Position numbers and translations under genes: made by a program. Positions 28,967 through 38,763 of a stretch of 64,000 nt of DNA are shown here, piece by piece (the first letter of the stretch is position 1; each line of letters starts with the position of its first letter). The stretch is from Actinomycetes bacterium (GTDB lineage: Bacteria; Actinomycetota; Coriobacteriia; Coriobacteriales; Eggerthellaceae): positions 3,501 to 67,500 of the forward strand of contig JAEZDJ010000065.1 of NCBI GenBank assembly GCA_023429565.1. Reading direction: 5' to 3'. The notes below the pieces were generated by a model. That model did not search any database, was not told the DNA's origin, and saw only the letters and a list, made by a program, of their open reading frames with translations.

Positions 28967-30300
28967 CGCGCCAACCTTTCGATGTCTGAGAGAAAATGGG
29001 GGTAGCTGACGTTCACTGCAGCGAAATTCTCAACCTCGACCGGCTCATTTCCTGTCAATCCCGCGAGGGCCCATGTCATGGCAAGCCGGTGATCGTTCTT
29101 CGAGTCAAACACAATGCCTGCCGGGACCCGCATATCGGGACGTCCTTCGATATAGAGGTCATTGGCATCGATCCACGCGTCGACGCCAAGAAGAGCAAGA
29201 CCTTCCACCACGGCTGCCAGGCGGTCCGTCTCCTTCACGCGCAATTCGCCAACCTCCCGAAACACCGTCACTCCGCGAGCGCGAGAAGCGACCAGCGACA
29301 GCACCGGCACCTCGTCGACCAGAGACGGTATCTTGTCCGCCGGAATCTCACATCCCCTGAGATCCGGCGTGTAGGAAGCAGATATGATGCCAGAGGGCTC
29401 CTTGCCGGCCGCGCCGGTGCGGCGAACGCTCACGTTGGCGCCCATGCGCTCAAGCGTGCGGGTGAAACCGATGCGGGCGGTGTTCAGGCTGACGTCCTCC
29501 ACCTGAAGAGAGCTGCCCGGCATCATGAGCGCAGCGCAGACGAGAAAGGCGGCAGAAGACGGATCTCCCGGAACCTGCACCTCGCATGCTTTTGGAACGC
29601 TGGGACCCTGCACGCTTGCCGTGCGTTCCGCGGCAGTCGTCGGCACGCCGAATTCGGGCAGCATGAGCTCCGTGTGATTGCGCGAAGGCGAGGGCTCGTT
29701 GACGACCGTCGTGCCTTCAGCATAGATGCCGGCAAGCAAGATGGCAGTTTTAAGCTGAGCCGAAGCCATCGGTGCGTCGTAGGTTATCGCATGCAAGTCG
29801 GATGTGCCACATACGGAGAGCGGCAGGGTCTCGCGGCCTTCGGGTGCAAAATGCACGCCCATCCGCATAAGGGGAGCCGTGATGCGCCGCATGGGACGAG
29901 TCCTGAGAGACGCATCCCCCGTTATCTCGACCTTGATGTCCCACGGAGCAAGCATGCCCATGAGAAGGCGAGCCGTCGTGCCCGAATTGCCACAGTCAAG
30001 GGGACACTCGGGCTGCACGGGCCCTTCTGAACCCCATCCCTCTATGCCGCCAAACAGGCTGCCGTCAGGGCCCTTCTCAAGCGCAACGCGAGCTCCAAGC
30101 TGCCTGACCGCAGCGATGGACGAGCGGACATCCTCGGAATCCAGAAGCCCCGACACGCGTGACGTTCCCTCGGCCATGGCGGAAAACAACACCGCACGAT
30201 GGGAGAGAGACTTGTCTCCCGGCACGGCAACGGCGCCGCGGAGAGGCGAAGGCAGTGGATTGACGGTGACGGTTGCCAGGGGCTTATTCGACATGGACAT
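28963..30300 (-). CDS. aroA: 3-phosphoshikimate 1-carboxyvinyltransferase (EPSP synthase)
   Basis: VPGDKSLSHRAVLF, ...LRVKETDRL.... Start taken at the MSMSNKPLA methionine; the track ORF reaches 30384. Confidence 0.9.
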   Translation of the reverse strand: MSMSNKPLATVTVNPLPSPLRGAVAVPGDKSLSHRAVLFSAMAEGTSRVSGLLDSEDVRSSIAAVRQLGARVALEKGPDGSLFGGIEGWGSEGPVQPECPLDCGNSGTTARLLMGMLAPWDIKVEITGDASLRTRPMRRITAPLMRMGVHFAPEGRETLPLSVCGTSDLHAITYDAPMASAQLKTAILLAGIYAEGTTVVNEPSPSRNHTELMLPEFGVPTTAAERTASVQGPSVPKACEVQVPGDPSSAAFLVCAALMMPGSSLQVEDVSLNTARIGFTRTLERMGANVSVRRTGAAGKEPSGIISASYTPDLRGCEIPADKIPSLVDEVPVLSLVASRARGVTVFREVGELRVKETDRLAAVVEGLALLGVDAWIDANDLYIEGRPDMRVPAGIVFDSKNDHRLAMTWALAGLTGNEPVEVENFAAVNVSYPHFLSDIERLAR

Positions 30301-31474
30301 GCTCCTTCGCCGCAAGGGGGCTGAACGACACCGCGAATCCCGCATTGATGAGATGGGCGGACAGTTGCCCGACATCTCCCTCATCCGTGAGCACCAAGCT
30401 GAGAACGGCGCTGTCCTCCGTTATATGGTCAATCTCGATGGACTGGATGTTGCAACCCACCGAGCTCGCGATGGTCGTGGCCTCGGCAACGACACCCTTG
30501 CGATCCTCCATGGGGATGCGCACCTCAAGCAGTTTCTCAGTCGAGGGGACCCACGCGGCGGGCAGCGAGCGGCGGGCATCGGCAGCATCGGCGAGCAAGG
30601 AGGTGAGCTGAGGACGATCGCCGGCAGCAAGCGAGTCGGCGAACGACCCGATGATCCCCTGCATCTCAACCAAGCCCGCACGGAGCGCCTCGGCATTGTC
30701 GAAGGCGATGCCGCACCACAGTTCGGGAGATCCGGCCGCAATGCGCGTCGAGTCTTTGAAGCCGCCTGCGGCAAGCCTCATGAGGGCCTGCTGGTCGTCA
30801 GCGTGGCGACAGGCCAATTGCATGAGCGCGGAAGCCACGATATGGGGCACATGGCTCACGATGGCAACGGCATCGTCATGAGCCTCGCGTGGCAGCGCGA
30901 TGACGCGAGCGCCGAGGCCCGTGATGAGCTCATGGAGCCGAGAGAAGTGCTCAGCCGGCGTCGTGGCATCGGGGCAGAGTATCCAGTGCGCGCCTTTGAA
31001 CAGATCGGGCCGGGCGCCGTCGATGCCGCTTTTCTCAGAACCTGCCATCGGATGGCCGGGCACGTAGTTTTCGGGAGCAGGGAGCGTGCTGTTTGCCAAA
31101 GAGCTGATGCGTCCCTTGGTCGACACGGTGTCCGAGACAACGCCCCGATAGTCCCACGAGGCAAGGTCGGAAAAATACCCCTCGACCGCAGCGATGGGAG
31201 TCGCCACCATCACCAGGTCGCACCCCTGCTCGACAAACTCCTGAAACGCCGGCTCGTCCGGCAGCGCCGCCTCCGTCACCCATCCGCGCTCAAGAGCACG
31301 CTCGACCGTGGGACCGTCAACATCGACCCCCAGCACGGCCACGCCCGGAAACGACCGGCGCACGGCAGCGGCGAATGATGCCCCAACGAGACCAAGGCCG
31401 ATGACGGCGATGCGGTCAAAGGGCCGCTGGTTGGATACCTGATCTGATTGCTGTCCTGTCATGGACCCGATCAC
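30284..31474 (-). CDS. tyrA: Prephenate dehydrogenase with C-terminal ACT domain
   Basis: IAVIGLGLVGASFA Rossmann motif, HPMAG, C-terminal ACT-like segment; 396 aa. Confidence 0.88.
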   Translation of the reverse strand: MIGSMTGQQSDQVSNQRPFDRIAVIGLGLVGASFAAAVRRSFPGVAVLGVDVDGPTVERALERGWVTEAALPDEPAFQEFVEQGCDLVMVATPIAAVEGYFSDLASWDYRGVVSDTVSTKGRISSLANSTLPAPENYVPGHPMAGSEKSGIDGARPDLFKGAHWILCPDATTPAEHFSRLHELITGLGARVIALPREAHDDAVAIVSHVPHIVASALMQLACRHADDQQALMRLAAGGFKDSTRIAAGSPELWCGIAFDNAEALRAGLVEMQGIIGSFADSLAAGDRPQLTSLLADAADARRSLPAAWVPSTEKLLEVRIPMEDRKGVVAEATTIASSVGCNIQSIEIDHITEDSAVLSLVLTDEGDVGQLSAHLINAGFAVSFSPLAAKEHVHVE

Positions 31475-31532
31475 CTTTCATGTCAATGCAACGCCCGGCG
31501 CGTCCCGCCGGCACGGTGCCGCTATTCTAGCA

Positions 31533-32396
31533 TTATAGGTTCGCCTGTGCGCGAGGACCGCCGATGGCGCGGCGAAGCGCCTCCTCTTCTTCACGCGAGA
31601 GAATCCGCCATGATCCACTTGGCAGGTCCCCAAGACCCACCGGACCAAACGTGTCCCGATGGAGCGCGAGCACCGGATGCCCGATCGCTCGAAACATGCG
31701 CCGCACCTGACGCTTCCGTCCCTCATGTATGCCGATGCGCACGACCGCGCGAGACATCGATCGAGCGCGCTTGATGGCAACGTACTCCTTTGACGATCCA
31801 GGAGGAGCGACAGGAGGCACGCAGAGCGAACGAAGCGCCTGATCGGCATCAGGCCCCGAGAGCAACTCGACCTCGGCCGGCAACGTGGGCCCATCGTCCA
31901 GCTCAATGCCTGCCCGCAGGCTCTCCAAACGCCGTTCCCCCGGACACCCCTCAACCAGCGCGGTATAGCTTTTCGTCACATGTCCGGCCGGACGGAGAAG
32001 GGCATGCCCGAGGTCGCCGTCGGTGGAGAAGAGCAGCAGGCCCGTCGTGTCGCGGTCGAGCCGTCCAATCGGAAACAGCCCAGGATAACGGGAAACAGGA
32101 ACTAGATCAGCCACCGTCGGCCGTCCCTGAGGGTCCGACATCGTGGTGAGAATGCCGATGGGCTTGTGCAGCATGATGGTGACCGGGACGCCCTCCCGCC
32201 GCACGACGATGCCGTCAACCGCCACTTCATCCACAAGCGGGTCGACCTTGCTGCCAAGCTCGGTGACAACCTGGCCGTTGACGGTGACGCGTCCCGCCGT
32301 CATAAGATTTTCAGAACCACGGCGGCTCGCCGCGCCGGCCCGTGCCAAAAACTTCTGCAGGCGCAGAGGCACAACGCGATTGTCGTCTTCGGTCAC
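31533..32396 (-). CDS. rluB: Pseudouridine synthase, RsuA/RluB family with S4 domain
   Basis: LRLQKFLARAGAASRR (S4) and GRLDRDTTGLLLF catalytic motif. GTG at 32396 is preceded by GGAGG; the track ORF starts at TTG 32456. Confidence 0.8.
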   Translation of the reverse strand: MTEDDNRVVPLRLQKFLARAGAASRRGSENLMTAGRVTVNGQVVTELGSKVDPLVDEVAVDGIVVRREGVPVTIMLHKPIGILTTMSDPQGRPTVADLVPVSRYPGLFPIGRLDRDTTGLLLFSTDGDLGHALLRPAGHVTKSYTALVEGCPGERRLESLRAGIELDDGPTLPAEVELLSGPDADQALRSLCVPPVAPPGSSKEYVAIKRARSMSRAVVRIGIHEGRKRQVRRMFRAIGHPVLALHRDTFGPVGLGDLPSGSWRILSREEEEALRRAIGGPRAQANL

Positions 32397-32558
32397 ATAT
32401 CCTCCAATAAAAGCGGACTTTTCAGGACTCCTGGCACCACCATGCCTCACGTCCAAGCAGGTGCGGCAAGCTCGATCGCGCGCGAGATGCTGAACGCACG
32501 TTCAGCAAAGGGCAACGGGATTCCCTTCTGCGCACGGCGACGGCCGTGCGCCAGGAGA

Positions 32559-33362
32559 TCACTCGTCATCGGTCTCGAACGTCAATTCGTCGAAATCGAT
32601 CTTGTCCACCACTCCGAAACCCGAAGAAAGCGCTTCGTCCAGCATCTGCTGAACCGTGGTGGAAGGAGCATCCTCCGAAGGGTTTCCCTGCCCAGAAAAC
32701 GTCTCGGCCTCGTCGTCGAACTCGAACTCGAGGCCGTCAAACCCGTCACGATGAACACGGGCATCCTCAGCGACGCGCACGGGCTCGTGAACGACGCCGA
32801 GCCGTTCCCGGATAAACGCGCGGGTGTCGTCATCCGGCGCAAACAGGTCAAGGTCAGGAAGATCGGCGGTTGAGCGAAGGCCAAACTTCTCCAGAAAGAC
32901 GCGCGTCGTCGCATACAGGGTTGGATTTCCCGGCGCGTCAGCCGTGCCGGCCTCGCGCACGAGTCCCTTCTCAACCAACGAGTTGATGGAACTGTCAGAA
33001 CTCACTCCCCGCACGGACGCAACGCCGGAACGCGTGACGGGCTGCCCATAGGCAACGACGGCAAGCGTCTCAAGAGCCGCTTGGGAGAGCTTGCGCGTGT
33101 CCCATGACAGCACGTACCGCTCGATGAGTTCATGGAAGACGGGATGGGTATACAGACGCCATCCGCCAGCCACCTCACGCAGCTGAACGCCGCGATCCTC
33201 AGCCTCGAATCGCGCCTTCAATTCCACAAGCGCCGACTCGACCTCGCCGGGATCGACCTCCAGCATAGTGGCGAGGGAGATGACGCCCACCGGTTCGTCA
33301 GTGACGAACAGCAGCGCCTCGAGTGCGCCCGTAAGCTGGCTTTCCTGCAAACCTGAGAACAT
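32559..33362 (-). CDS. scpB: Segregation and condensation protein B with acidic C-terminal extension
   Basis: GALEALLFVTDEPV..., two winged-helix repeats, then an Asp/Glu-rich tail. Confidence 0.88.
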   Translation of the reverse strand: MFSGLQESQLTGALEALLFVTDEPVGVISLATMLEVDPGEVESALVELKARFEAEDRGVQLREVAGGWRLYTHPVFHELIERYVLSWDTRKLSQAALETLAVVAYGQPVTRSGVASVRGVSSDSSINSLVEKGLVREAGTADAPGNPTLYATTRVFLEKFGLRSTADLPDLDLFAPDDDTRAFIRERLGVVHEPVRVAEDARVHRDGFDGLEFEFDDEAETFSGQGNPSEDAPSTTVQQMLDEALSSGFGVVDKIDFDELTFETDDE

Positions 33363-33365
33363 TCC

Positions 33366-34169
33366 CTAGCCCCTCCCCGCTCCATCGCTCACCGACGTGA
33401 GCGGATCATCGTCAGACATGAGCAAATCTCCCGACCCCTCGACAAAGTGGATCCCCATGTCCCCAAATTGCTCGCTCTGTTCAATCGTCACCAGGGATCT
33501 CTTGTAGAGCTCAAGGACTGCCAAAAACGTCACGACGACCACAGGCGTCGGCGTGCGCGCGTCAACCAAATCAGAAAAGGCAAGGTTCTTTGCGCCCGCT
33601 ATCCTCCGATGGATGGCATGCATGTATCCTTCGACGGGTATGGGCTTTGCCGCTATATGCTCCGACTCGAGCAGAAACGCCTCGCGGCGGGCATAGGCGG
33701 CAGCGGCCGAAGCAGCAATTCCGTCGAGAGTCGTGCCCTTGAGGTAATCGGGCATGAGGCCAAGGAAGCAGGGATCGGGGCCAAAAGGACGGGAATGCAT
33801 GCGGCCTTCCGAGATGAAACGCGTATGCAGTGCGGCAGCGGCGTTCTTGTGCTGCTTGTAGACAAGCAGGCGTTCCACCAGCATGTCGCGAGCCTCGCTG
33901 GGCGCCAGCTCCTCCAGCTCGTCTTCCATCGCGTCCCGCTCGCGAGGCAGGAGACTCTCTGCCTTGATTTCAAGAAGGGTTGACGCCACCAGGAGAAAGT
34001 CGCTCGCCACATCGAGGTCGAGATTGTCCATGCGGGCCACCTCGGCCAGATACTGGTCGGCAATCTGAGCGATGGAGATGGCCCCGATGTCAACCTTTTG
34101 CCGGCTGACCAAATACAGCAACAGATCGAAGGGGCCCTCAAAACTGTCTATGCGCACCTTGTACGACAT
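33366..34169 (-). CDS. scpA: Segregation and condensation protein A
   Basis: FEGPFDLLLYLVSRQKVDI... kleisin N-terminus; 267 aa. Confidence 0.9.
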   Translation of the reverse strand: MSYKVRIDSFEGPFDLLLYLVSRQKVDIGAISIAQIADQYLAEVARMDNLDLDVASDFLLVASTLLEIKAESLLPRERDAMEDELEELAPSEARDMLVERLLVYKQHKNAAAALHTRFISEGRMHSRPFGPDPCFLGLMPDYLKGTTLDGIAASAAAAYARREAFLLESEHIAAKPIPVEGYMHAIHRRIAGAKNLAFSDLVDARTPTPVVVVTFLAVLELYKRSLVTIEQSEQFGDMGIHFVEGSGDLLMSDDDPLTSVSDGAGRG

Positions 34170-34177
34170 GGGCCACG

Positions 34178-34852
34178 CTAGACGTCAAAGGGGAACAGGA
34201 GGTTCGCCACATTTCCAGCCGTGGCATTGAGATACAAGCCGATGGGATTGAAGTTGAGGACGTAGGGCACCAGGATGACGGCGACCATGAAGATGGGGAA
34301 CGCATATCGCTGCACCTTGTAATAGGTCGGCAGGTATTTTCTCGGGAGGAAGAACGCGAAAATGGACGAGCCATCCAACGGAGGGATGGGCAAGAGGTTG
34401 AAGAACATGAGATAGAGGTTGATGAGAGCAAACATCGGCAAGAACATCAGATAGAAATAGGAGAACAGCTCGTTTTCCACCACAAGGGTATGCGCAGGCG
34501 CATACAGCACCCAAGCAATGATGGCGGCAAGAAAAGCCAGGACGAGGTTCGCGGCGGGACCCGCAAGGCCGACGATAAGGTCTCCCTTTCGGGGATCCTT
34601 GAAGTATGCCGGATTGTACGGAACAGGTTTCGCGTAGCCAAACACCGGCATGCTCATGGCCATAAGCAGCAGCGGCATGATGATCGTGCCGAAGGGGTCG
34701 ATATGCTTGAGCGGATTCATGGACAGGCGTCCGGCGCGTTTGGCGGTTGGATCACCCAGCTTATAGGCTGCGAGGCCATGCATGGCCTCATGGCACACGA
34801 TGGCTGGGATGAAGCTGAGTATGGAGCAGATGATATAGGGTATTGAAGTCAT
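34178..34852 (-). CDS. Site-2 (M50) family membrane metalloprotease
   Basis: HEAMHG (HExxH) in the first TM region; polytopic. Start set at ATG 34852 because the longer track ORF would overlap trmL. Start uncertain. Confidence 0.75.
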   Translation of the reverse strand: MTSIPYIICSILSFIPAIVCHEAMHGLAAYKLGDPTAKRAGRLSMNPLKHIDPFGTIIMPLLLMAMSMPVFGYAKPVPYNPAYFKDPRKGDLIVGLAGPAANLVLAFLAAIIAWVLYAPAHTLVVENELFSYFYLMFLPMFALINLYLMFFNLLPIPPLDGSSIFAFFLPRKYLPTYYKVQRYAFPIFMVAVILVPYVLNFNPIGLYLNATAGNVANLLFPFDV

Positions 34853-34974
34853 AATGCCAAACAGTCTACCGCATCGCATCGCCAACCCCGTCCCGAACGG
34901 GGAAATTTCACAAGTGGAAACGCACCCGCCCTGGTGGCGCATCACAGAATCGGCCCCCGAATCGTCTGAGAGCC

Positions 34975-35436
34975 TTATTCCAAACCAGGGCACCCCCGCT
35001 GTCGGAGCGCTTCATAGGCGCCAATCGCCACGGCGTTCGAAAGGTTGAGGCTGCGCAAGCCAGCCCGCATGGGAATGCGGACGCAGCGGTCGGCGTAACG
35101 TTGAACAACGCCGTGGTCGAGGCCTCGACTCTCGCGACCAAACAGCAGAAACGCCTCCTCGCCGTAGCTCACGTCCGTGAACGCACGCGACGCCTGCCCT
35201 GTGAACAGGTGCAGCTCTCCCGTGCCATGAGCCTCGAGAAACGCCTCCACGCATGGCCAGCGCACGATGTCGACCTCATCCCAGTAGTCACAGCCCGCAC
35301 GCGCGAGGTTCCTCTGGGTCAAATGGAACCCCAAGGGTTCGACCACATGCAACCGCGCACCGATGCAGGCGCAGGTCCGCGCGACGTTTCCGGTGTTTTG
35401 CGGAATCTCCGGCTCAACCAGCACGATGTTCAGCAC
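34975..35436 (-). CDS. trmL: tRNA (cytidine/uridine-2'-O-)-methyltransferase TrmL (SpoU family)
   Basis: MLNIVLVEPEIPQNTGNVARTC..., LNLSNAVAIGAYEALRQ. Confidence 0.9.
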   Translation of the reverse strand: MLNIVLVEPEIPQNTGNVARTCACIGARLHVVEPLGFHLTQRNLARAGCDYWDEVDIVRWPCVEAFLEAHGTGELHLFTGQASRAFTDVSYGEEAFLLFGRESRGLDHGVVQRYADRCVRIPMRAGLRSLNLSNAVAIGAYEALRQRGCPGLE

Positions 35437-35445
35437 GTCAGCTCC

Positions 35446-37501
35446 TCAAAGGAGTTCCTGCTGGCGCGCCATTTCGGCCTCCAGCTCCTCCGTGAGCGCA
35501 AACCATTCCTCCTCGGCCGATGCCAGACGCCGCTTGAGGTCCGCGTGCTCGGCGACCGCATCAGAGCTGGCATCTTCGTTCATATAGAAGGCGGGATCGG
35601 CCATGAGCTCCAGCAACTCAGCCATGCGAACGCCATCACGCTCCATCTGCCGGTCCAGATCGGCAATGCGCTTGCGATGGTTCTTGAGCGCCGAATAGGC
35701 ACGATTGCGAGCCTCAGCCTCGCGACGCTTCTGGTCCTTCGTTTTCGGGGCGCTGCCGCGGGGTGCGGTCAAGTCAGACGCCTCGGCGTCGTGTCCAGGA
35801 CCGAGCGCCCTGGCCGGTTTCCCAGACGCACCCCTCCCGTTCGCCACGGCAGGAGCAGGTTTCTCCATCACCTCATCCACAAGGGAGGGTGAATCGGGAA
35901 CCGACCCGTCGGTCTGGCCGCTTTTGAAGAGGTAATAGCCGTAGTCACCATCGTAGTTCGACACTTTGCCCGGAACAACTTCGACGATGCGGTTCGCCAC
36001 GCCGCTGATGAGATGGCGGTCGTGCGTGATGAACACGATGGTTCCCTCGAAGACTTTAAGCGCCTGCTCGAGAATGTCGGCACTGGCAATGTCCAGATGG
36101 TTGGTCGGCTCGTCCAGGCAGAGCAGCGGGCTCGGCGCAACAAGCATCTTTGCCAAGGCGAGACGGCTTTTCTCGCCGCCAGAAAGCACGCCCACCTTCT
36201 TTTCGACGTCATCGCCCACAAACAGGAACGCCCCCAACAGCGTGCGAACCTGCGAGATGCTCCATCCCGGAGCCACGCGGTCCAGCTCCTCGAACACGGT
36301 GTTTCCCGCATACAGCTCTTCCAGCTGATGTTGGGCATAGTAGGTTTTGCTGACGTGCACGCCGTAGTCGATAGTGCCCGCGTCGGGCGAAAGCACGCCG
36401 GCAATCATCTTGAGCAAGGTTGATTTGCCGGATCCGTTCGGACCGACGAGCGCCACCTTGTCACCCCGGTAGAGCGTGAGGTTCAGGTCGTCATGCACGC
36501 GCTTCTCCCCGAAACCCTTTGCCACCCCCTCCATTCGCACCACCATGTCGCCTGTGCGGGGAGGTTGCTTGAAATTGAAATGAACCTTCTTCTTTTCCTC
36601 GGGAATCTCGATGCGTTTGATCTTCTCGAGCTTCTTGACACGGTCTTGGACCTGCTTTGCCTTGGTCGGTTTGTAGCGGAATTTCTCAACGAACGCCTCC
36701 ATGTGCGCGATCTCTTCCGCCTGCTTCGACGCCTCTGCGCGCAAACGCTCAATGCGCTCGGCGCGCGCCTTCAGGTAGGCGGTGTAGTTCCCGCGGTAGA
36801 GGCTCACCCCGCCGTTGTCGATCTCCGCAACCCGATCCACCATGTTGTCCATGAAAGCACGGTCGTGGCTGACCACGACCACGGTTCCCGAATAGCCCCG
36901 GAGGAAGCCCTCAAGCCATTTGACGCTCTCCAGGTCCAGGTGATTCGTCGGCTCGTCAAGCAGGAGCACCTCAGGGTTGCGGATGAGCAGTTTGGCCAGA
37001 GCGATGCGCATCTGCCAACCTCCCGAAAACCCCGCAGCCGAGCGTTTCATGTCCGCTTCCTTGAAGCCCAGGCCGAACAGCACGCCTCGCACCTTCGCCT
37101 CGATGGTGTAGCCGCCCAAGGCCTCGTAGGCGTCTCGGGCCCGGCCAGCCGCAGCCAGCTGCTGCTCCGTTGGATGGTCGCCCAGGTCAGACTCAAGCTT
37201 CTGGAGACGTTCCTCAGCTTCCAGCACCTCCACCTGGGAGGAGAGGACTTCTTCGAAGATGGGGCGGTCGCCCATCTCGATAGCCTCCTGTTCGAGATAT
37301 CCCACCCGAGCGCCTTTGGCGAACAGCACGCGGCCGTCGTCGGCGTCCTCTTCTCCGGTGATGATGTTGAGAAGCGGTCTTGCCTGCCCCGTTGGGGCCG
37401 ACGAGCGCCAGGCGGTCATATTCTTCCAGACGAAACGTCACGTCGGAAAACAACGTGCGTCCTCCAAATGACTTCGAGAGATGTTCGAGCTGCATGATCA
37501 T
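35446..37501 (-). pseudogene. ABC-F family ATPase (Uup-like) interrupted by a frameshift inside the first Walker A motif
   Basis: Frame 1 (from ATG 37501) reads [42 protein letters not shown], then drifts into nonsense. Frame 2 resumes [18 protein letters not shown]... one nucleotide later (orphan nt at 37375). It continues through two full ABC cassettes and a coiled-coil C-terminus. Confidence 0.8.
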
Positions 37502-37698
37502 GGTGTCGGTGTGCTTCCTTATGCGATGTCAACAAAACGGGACGCCGGCTTGCCGAACGTCCGCCTTCCCATGATAGCGGAAGAAGCCGTTTATGGAGAA
37601 GCGGCTTCTTCCTCCGCAAAAAAGCACCGAAATGAAGCATGCGGCATGCCGAGAGACCATCTGTCGAGGTCGAAATTCGAATTCAAAAAAGTAAGCCC

Positions 37699-37727
37699 TT
37701 GCGCACTCAAGCATCTACCGTTAGAAT
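37699..37727 (+). promoter_or_regulatory. Putative tRNA-Val promoter (TTGCGC-N17-TAGAAT)
   Basis: Hexamers at 37699-37704 and 37722-37727, about 33 nt before the tRNA. Confidence 0.5.
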
Positions 37728-37759
37728 ACTTGAGCACGTTGAAATGAAAACGTCACTAT

Positions 37760-37834
37760 GGTCGCTTGGCTCAGCGGGAGAGCATCGCCTTCACACGGCG
37801 GGGGTCACAGGTTCAAATCCTGTAGCGACCACCA
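37760..37834 (+). tRNA. tRNA-Val (anticodon CAC), CCA encoded
   Basis: Hand-folded cloverleaf: acceptor GGTCGCT/AGCGACC, D arm GCTC..GAGC, anticodon stem TCGCC/GGCGG with loop TTCACAC, T arm ACAGG-TTCAAAT-CCTGT, discriminator A plus CCA. Confidence 0.9.
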
Positions 37835-37843
37835 GAAACTTGC

Positions 37844-37882
37844 AGGTCATCGGGTGCTTTTGTCCGATGACCTTTTTCTTTT
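37844..37882 (+). terminator. Rho-independent terminator (can serve both convergent units)
   Basis: AGGTCATCGG-gtgcttttgt-CCGATGACCT followed by TTTTCTTTT. Confidence 0.8.
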
Positions 37883-37892
37883 GCCCGCAGCA

Positions 37893-38405
37893 TCATTCAG
37901 ACAGCGTGAATTTCCACGAGCAGCTGCACGTGTCGTCGGTGACGTCCGGAAAGCAACTCAGACAGATGGCCGACAGACGGTCGTCGATGCCATGGGCAAA
38001 TGATGGATGCTCCAAAATGCCCACCGATTTGCAGGGATGATAGCCAAGCCCTTTGTCATGCCGGGCTTTTTGCACCCGACACACTTCGATGCGATAGATG
38101 ACGGCATCGCCTTCCCAGTGCACGCTGCTTTCGTTTGCGAGCGACTGGAAGCGAAGCGGCAGGGCAGCAGCCAGTCCTTCAAGGCCGGGACGCTCCCCCA
38201 ATCCGAGCAGTTTCTTGATCCGACGGGCTTCGGTGAGCCCGAACCGATCCCATGCCTCGATGTCGTAACGCATCGCCACGTCCATGCCGGCATCTTGCTC
38301 GACGGCCTGGAACCACACACCGTCGAGCGCGATGGCGTTCTTCGCATATGCCTCCACCAATGCTTCGAGCTTCTCTCTTGAAAGGCTTTTGACCGCCTCG
38401 TTCAT
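37893..38405 (-). CDS. Cys-rich hypothetical protein (resembles DUF6125 / ATC-hydrolase-like family from memory)
   Basis: MNEAVKSLSREKLEALVEAYAKNAIALDGVWFQAVEQ... with C-terminal CxxxxxxxxC..CxC cysteines. ATG at 38405 follows GGAAGGGGA. Confidence 0.6.
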   Translation of the reverse strand: MNEAVKSLSREKLEALVEAYAKNAIALDGVWFQAVEQDAGMDVAMRYDIEAWDRFGLTEARRIKKLLGLGERPGLEGLAAALPLRFQSLANESSVHWEGDAVIYRIEVCRVQKARHDKGLGYHPCKSVGILEHPSFAHGIDDRLSAICLSCFPDVTDDTCSCSWKFTLSE

Positions 38406-38763
38406 GCCATCCCCTTCCACCGCATGCGTTTCGCTTCTCCAAACATGTCACGAGACCACGTGAGAAGGAAGCCCCTTCCCCGTCGCCTTCTCTGTCAGTA
38501 TAGGAGAGCAAGCTCGTGCCGTCGTCGGCCAACAAAAGGAGAATGGGGCATGTCCTGCCGGACACGAACCCATGACAACCCAAGATGCTGTCCAAGTCCT
38601 CCGCAAACGAACGGCGCAAAGTCCGTCCGGGGATTACGGGACGCGGCAAAGGGTTGCCTTGCGACGCACCGCTCATCGATGGGAGGACTGAGGTTTTCGC
38701 ACGAAGACCCATCGGTTCCGAACTTTGTCAACGAACGTGCATCCGCGTGTAAGATGACTGCAT

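Noticed and set aside
25993-31378. 519-aa (25993-27552), 344-aa (28996-30030) and 524-aa (29804-31378) plus-strand ORFs.
   Set aside because: They lie antisense to the DUF512 gene, ispH, aroA and tyrA, and show no motifs. Shadow ORFs.
37416-37640. 74-aa minus ORF upstream of and overlapping the ABC-F start, considered as a regulatory leader peptide.
   Set aside because: It is far longer than known ABC-F leader peptides, has no RBS, and overlaps the ABC-F start out of frame. Likely spurious.
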